32,156 nucleotides of DNA from a virus (lineage: Duplodnaviria > Caudoviricetes), in IMG/VR virus record IMGVR_UViG_3300031938_000015, positions 1 through 32,156 of that record; one strand, written 5' to 3'. The notes under the pieces are model-generated. The model was not told where the DNA came from. It saw only the letters and a list, made by a program, of their open reading frames with translations, and searched no databases. The position numbers and the translations under genes were made by a program. Numbering within the stretch: the first letter of the stretch is position 1; every line of letters begins with the position of its first letter. This document shows positions 32,034 to 32,156 of the stretch, in pieces.

Positions 32034-32156
32034 CGAACGCACGGGGGCTCGTGCGGGTCTGGCGCTGGCTTCAGCGCGCCCGGTTCTGGAGGTTTGCGTG
32101 ACACCCCGCTTCGTTGAACTGCTCACTTCATGGCGCGTGTCGCTGGCGGCCGAAGG
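32013..32156 (+). repeat. Terminal direct repeat, copy 2
   Basis: Matches 1-144 with one mismatch; contains the start of int. Confidence 0.97.

Larger units (their letters stand above)
1..32156. mobile_element. Complete temperate actinobacteriophage genome (siphovirus, HK97-type head), circular assembly of about 32,012 bp
   Basis: Integrase/repressor, packaging, head, tail and lysis modules are all present; the ends overlap by 144 bp; no host genes; very GC-rich. Confidence 0.95.

Noticed and set aside
1-32156. Very frequent CTCGAG and GTCGAC sites, and long chains of GTGA gene overlaps
   Set aside because: Explained by preferred codon pairs (Leu-Glu, Val-Asp) in high-GC genes and by ordinary actinophage translational coupling.

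Overview
The window is an essentially complete genome of a small temperate siphovirus of a high-GC actinobacterium. Bases 1-144 recur at 32013-32156 with one mismatch, giving a circle of about 32,012 bp with no host flanks. The + strand carries only the immunity/lysogeny genes: an XRE repressor (31640-31978), a short tyrosine integrase (86-919) and a few small, mostly exported proteins. Everything else is on the - strand, in this order: Cro/Xis-like HTH, small early genes, two tandem ParB-like genes, an initiator-HNH gene with internal repeats, a Zn/HTH late regulator, a packaging HNH, a clan-A glycoside hydrolase, a probable cos region, TerS/TerL, portal, HK97-type protease and capsid, head-tail genes, tail tube, a frameshifted chaperone, tape measure, minor tail genes, a lysis cassette (CHAP endolysin, no LysB seen) and a three-gene repeat-fibre module ending at a strong hairpin. 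The switch region matches the known integration-dependent immunity layout. The least explained features are the ParA-less ParB pair preceded by a CCTGCAC array (a motif recurring before other genes), an RNAP alpha-CTD/HhH-like domain fused to TerS, the GH-coiled-coil gene beside cos, the 22-aa-repeat fibre module and a paralogous gene pair after the capsid gene. All calls come from reading motifs by eye; no searches were run.
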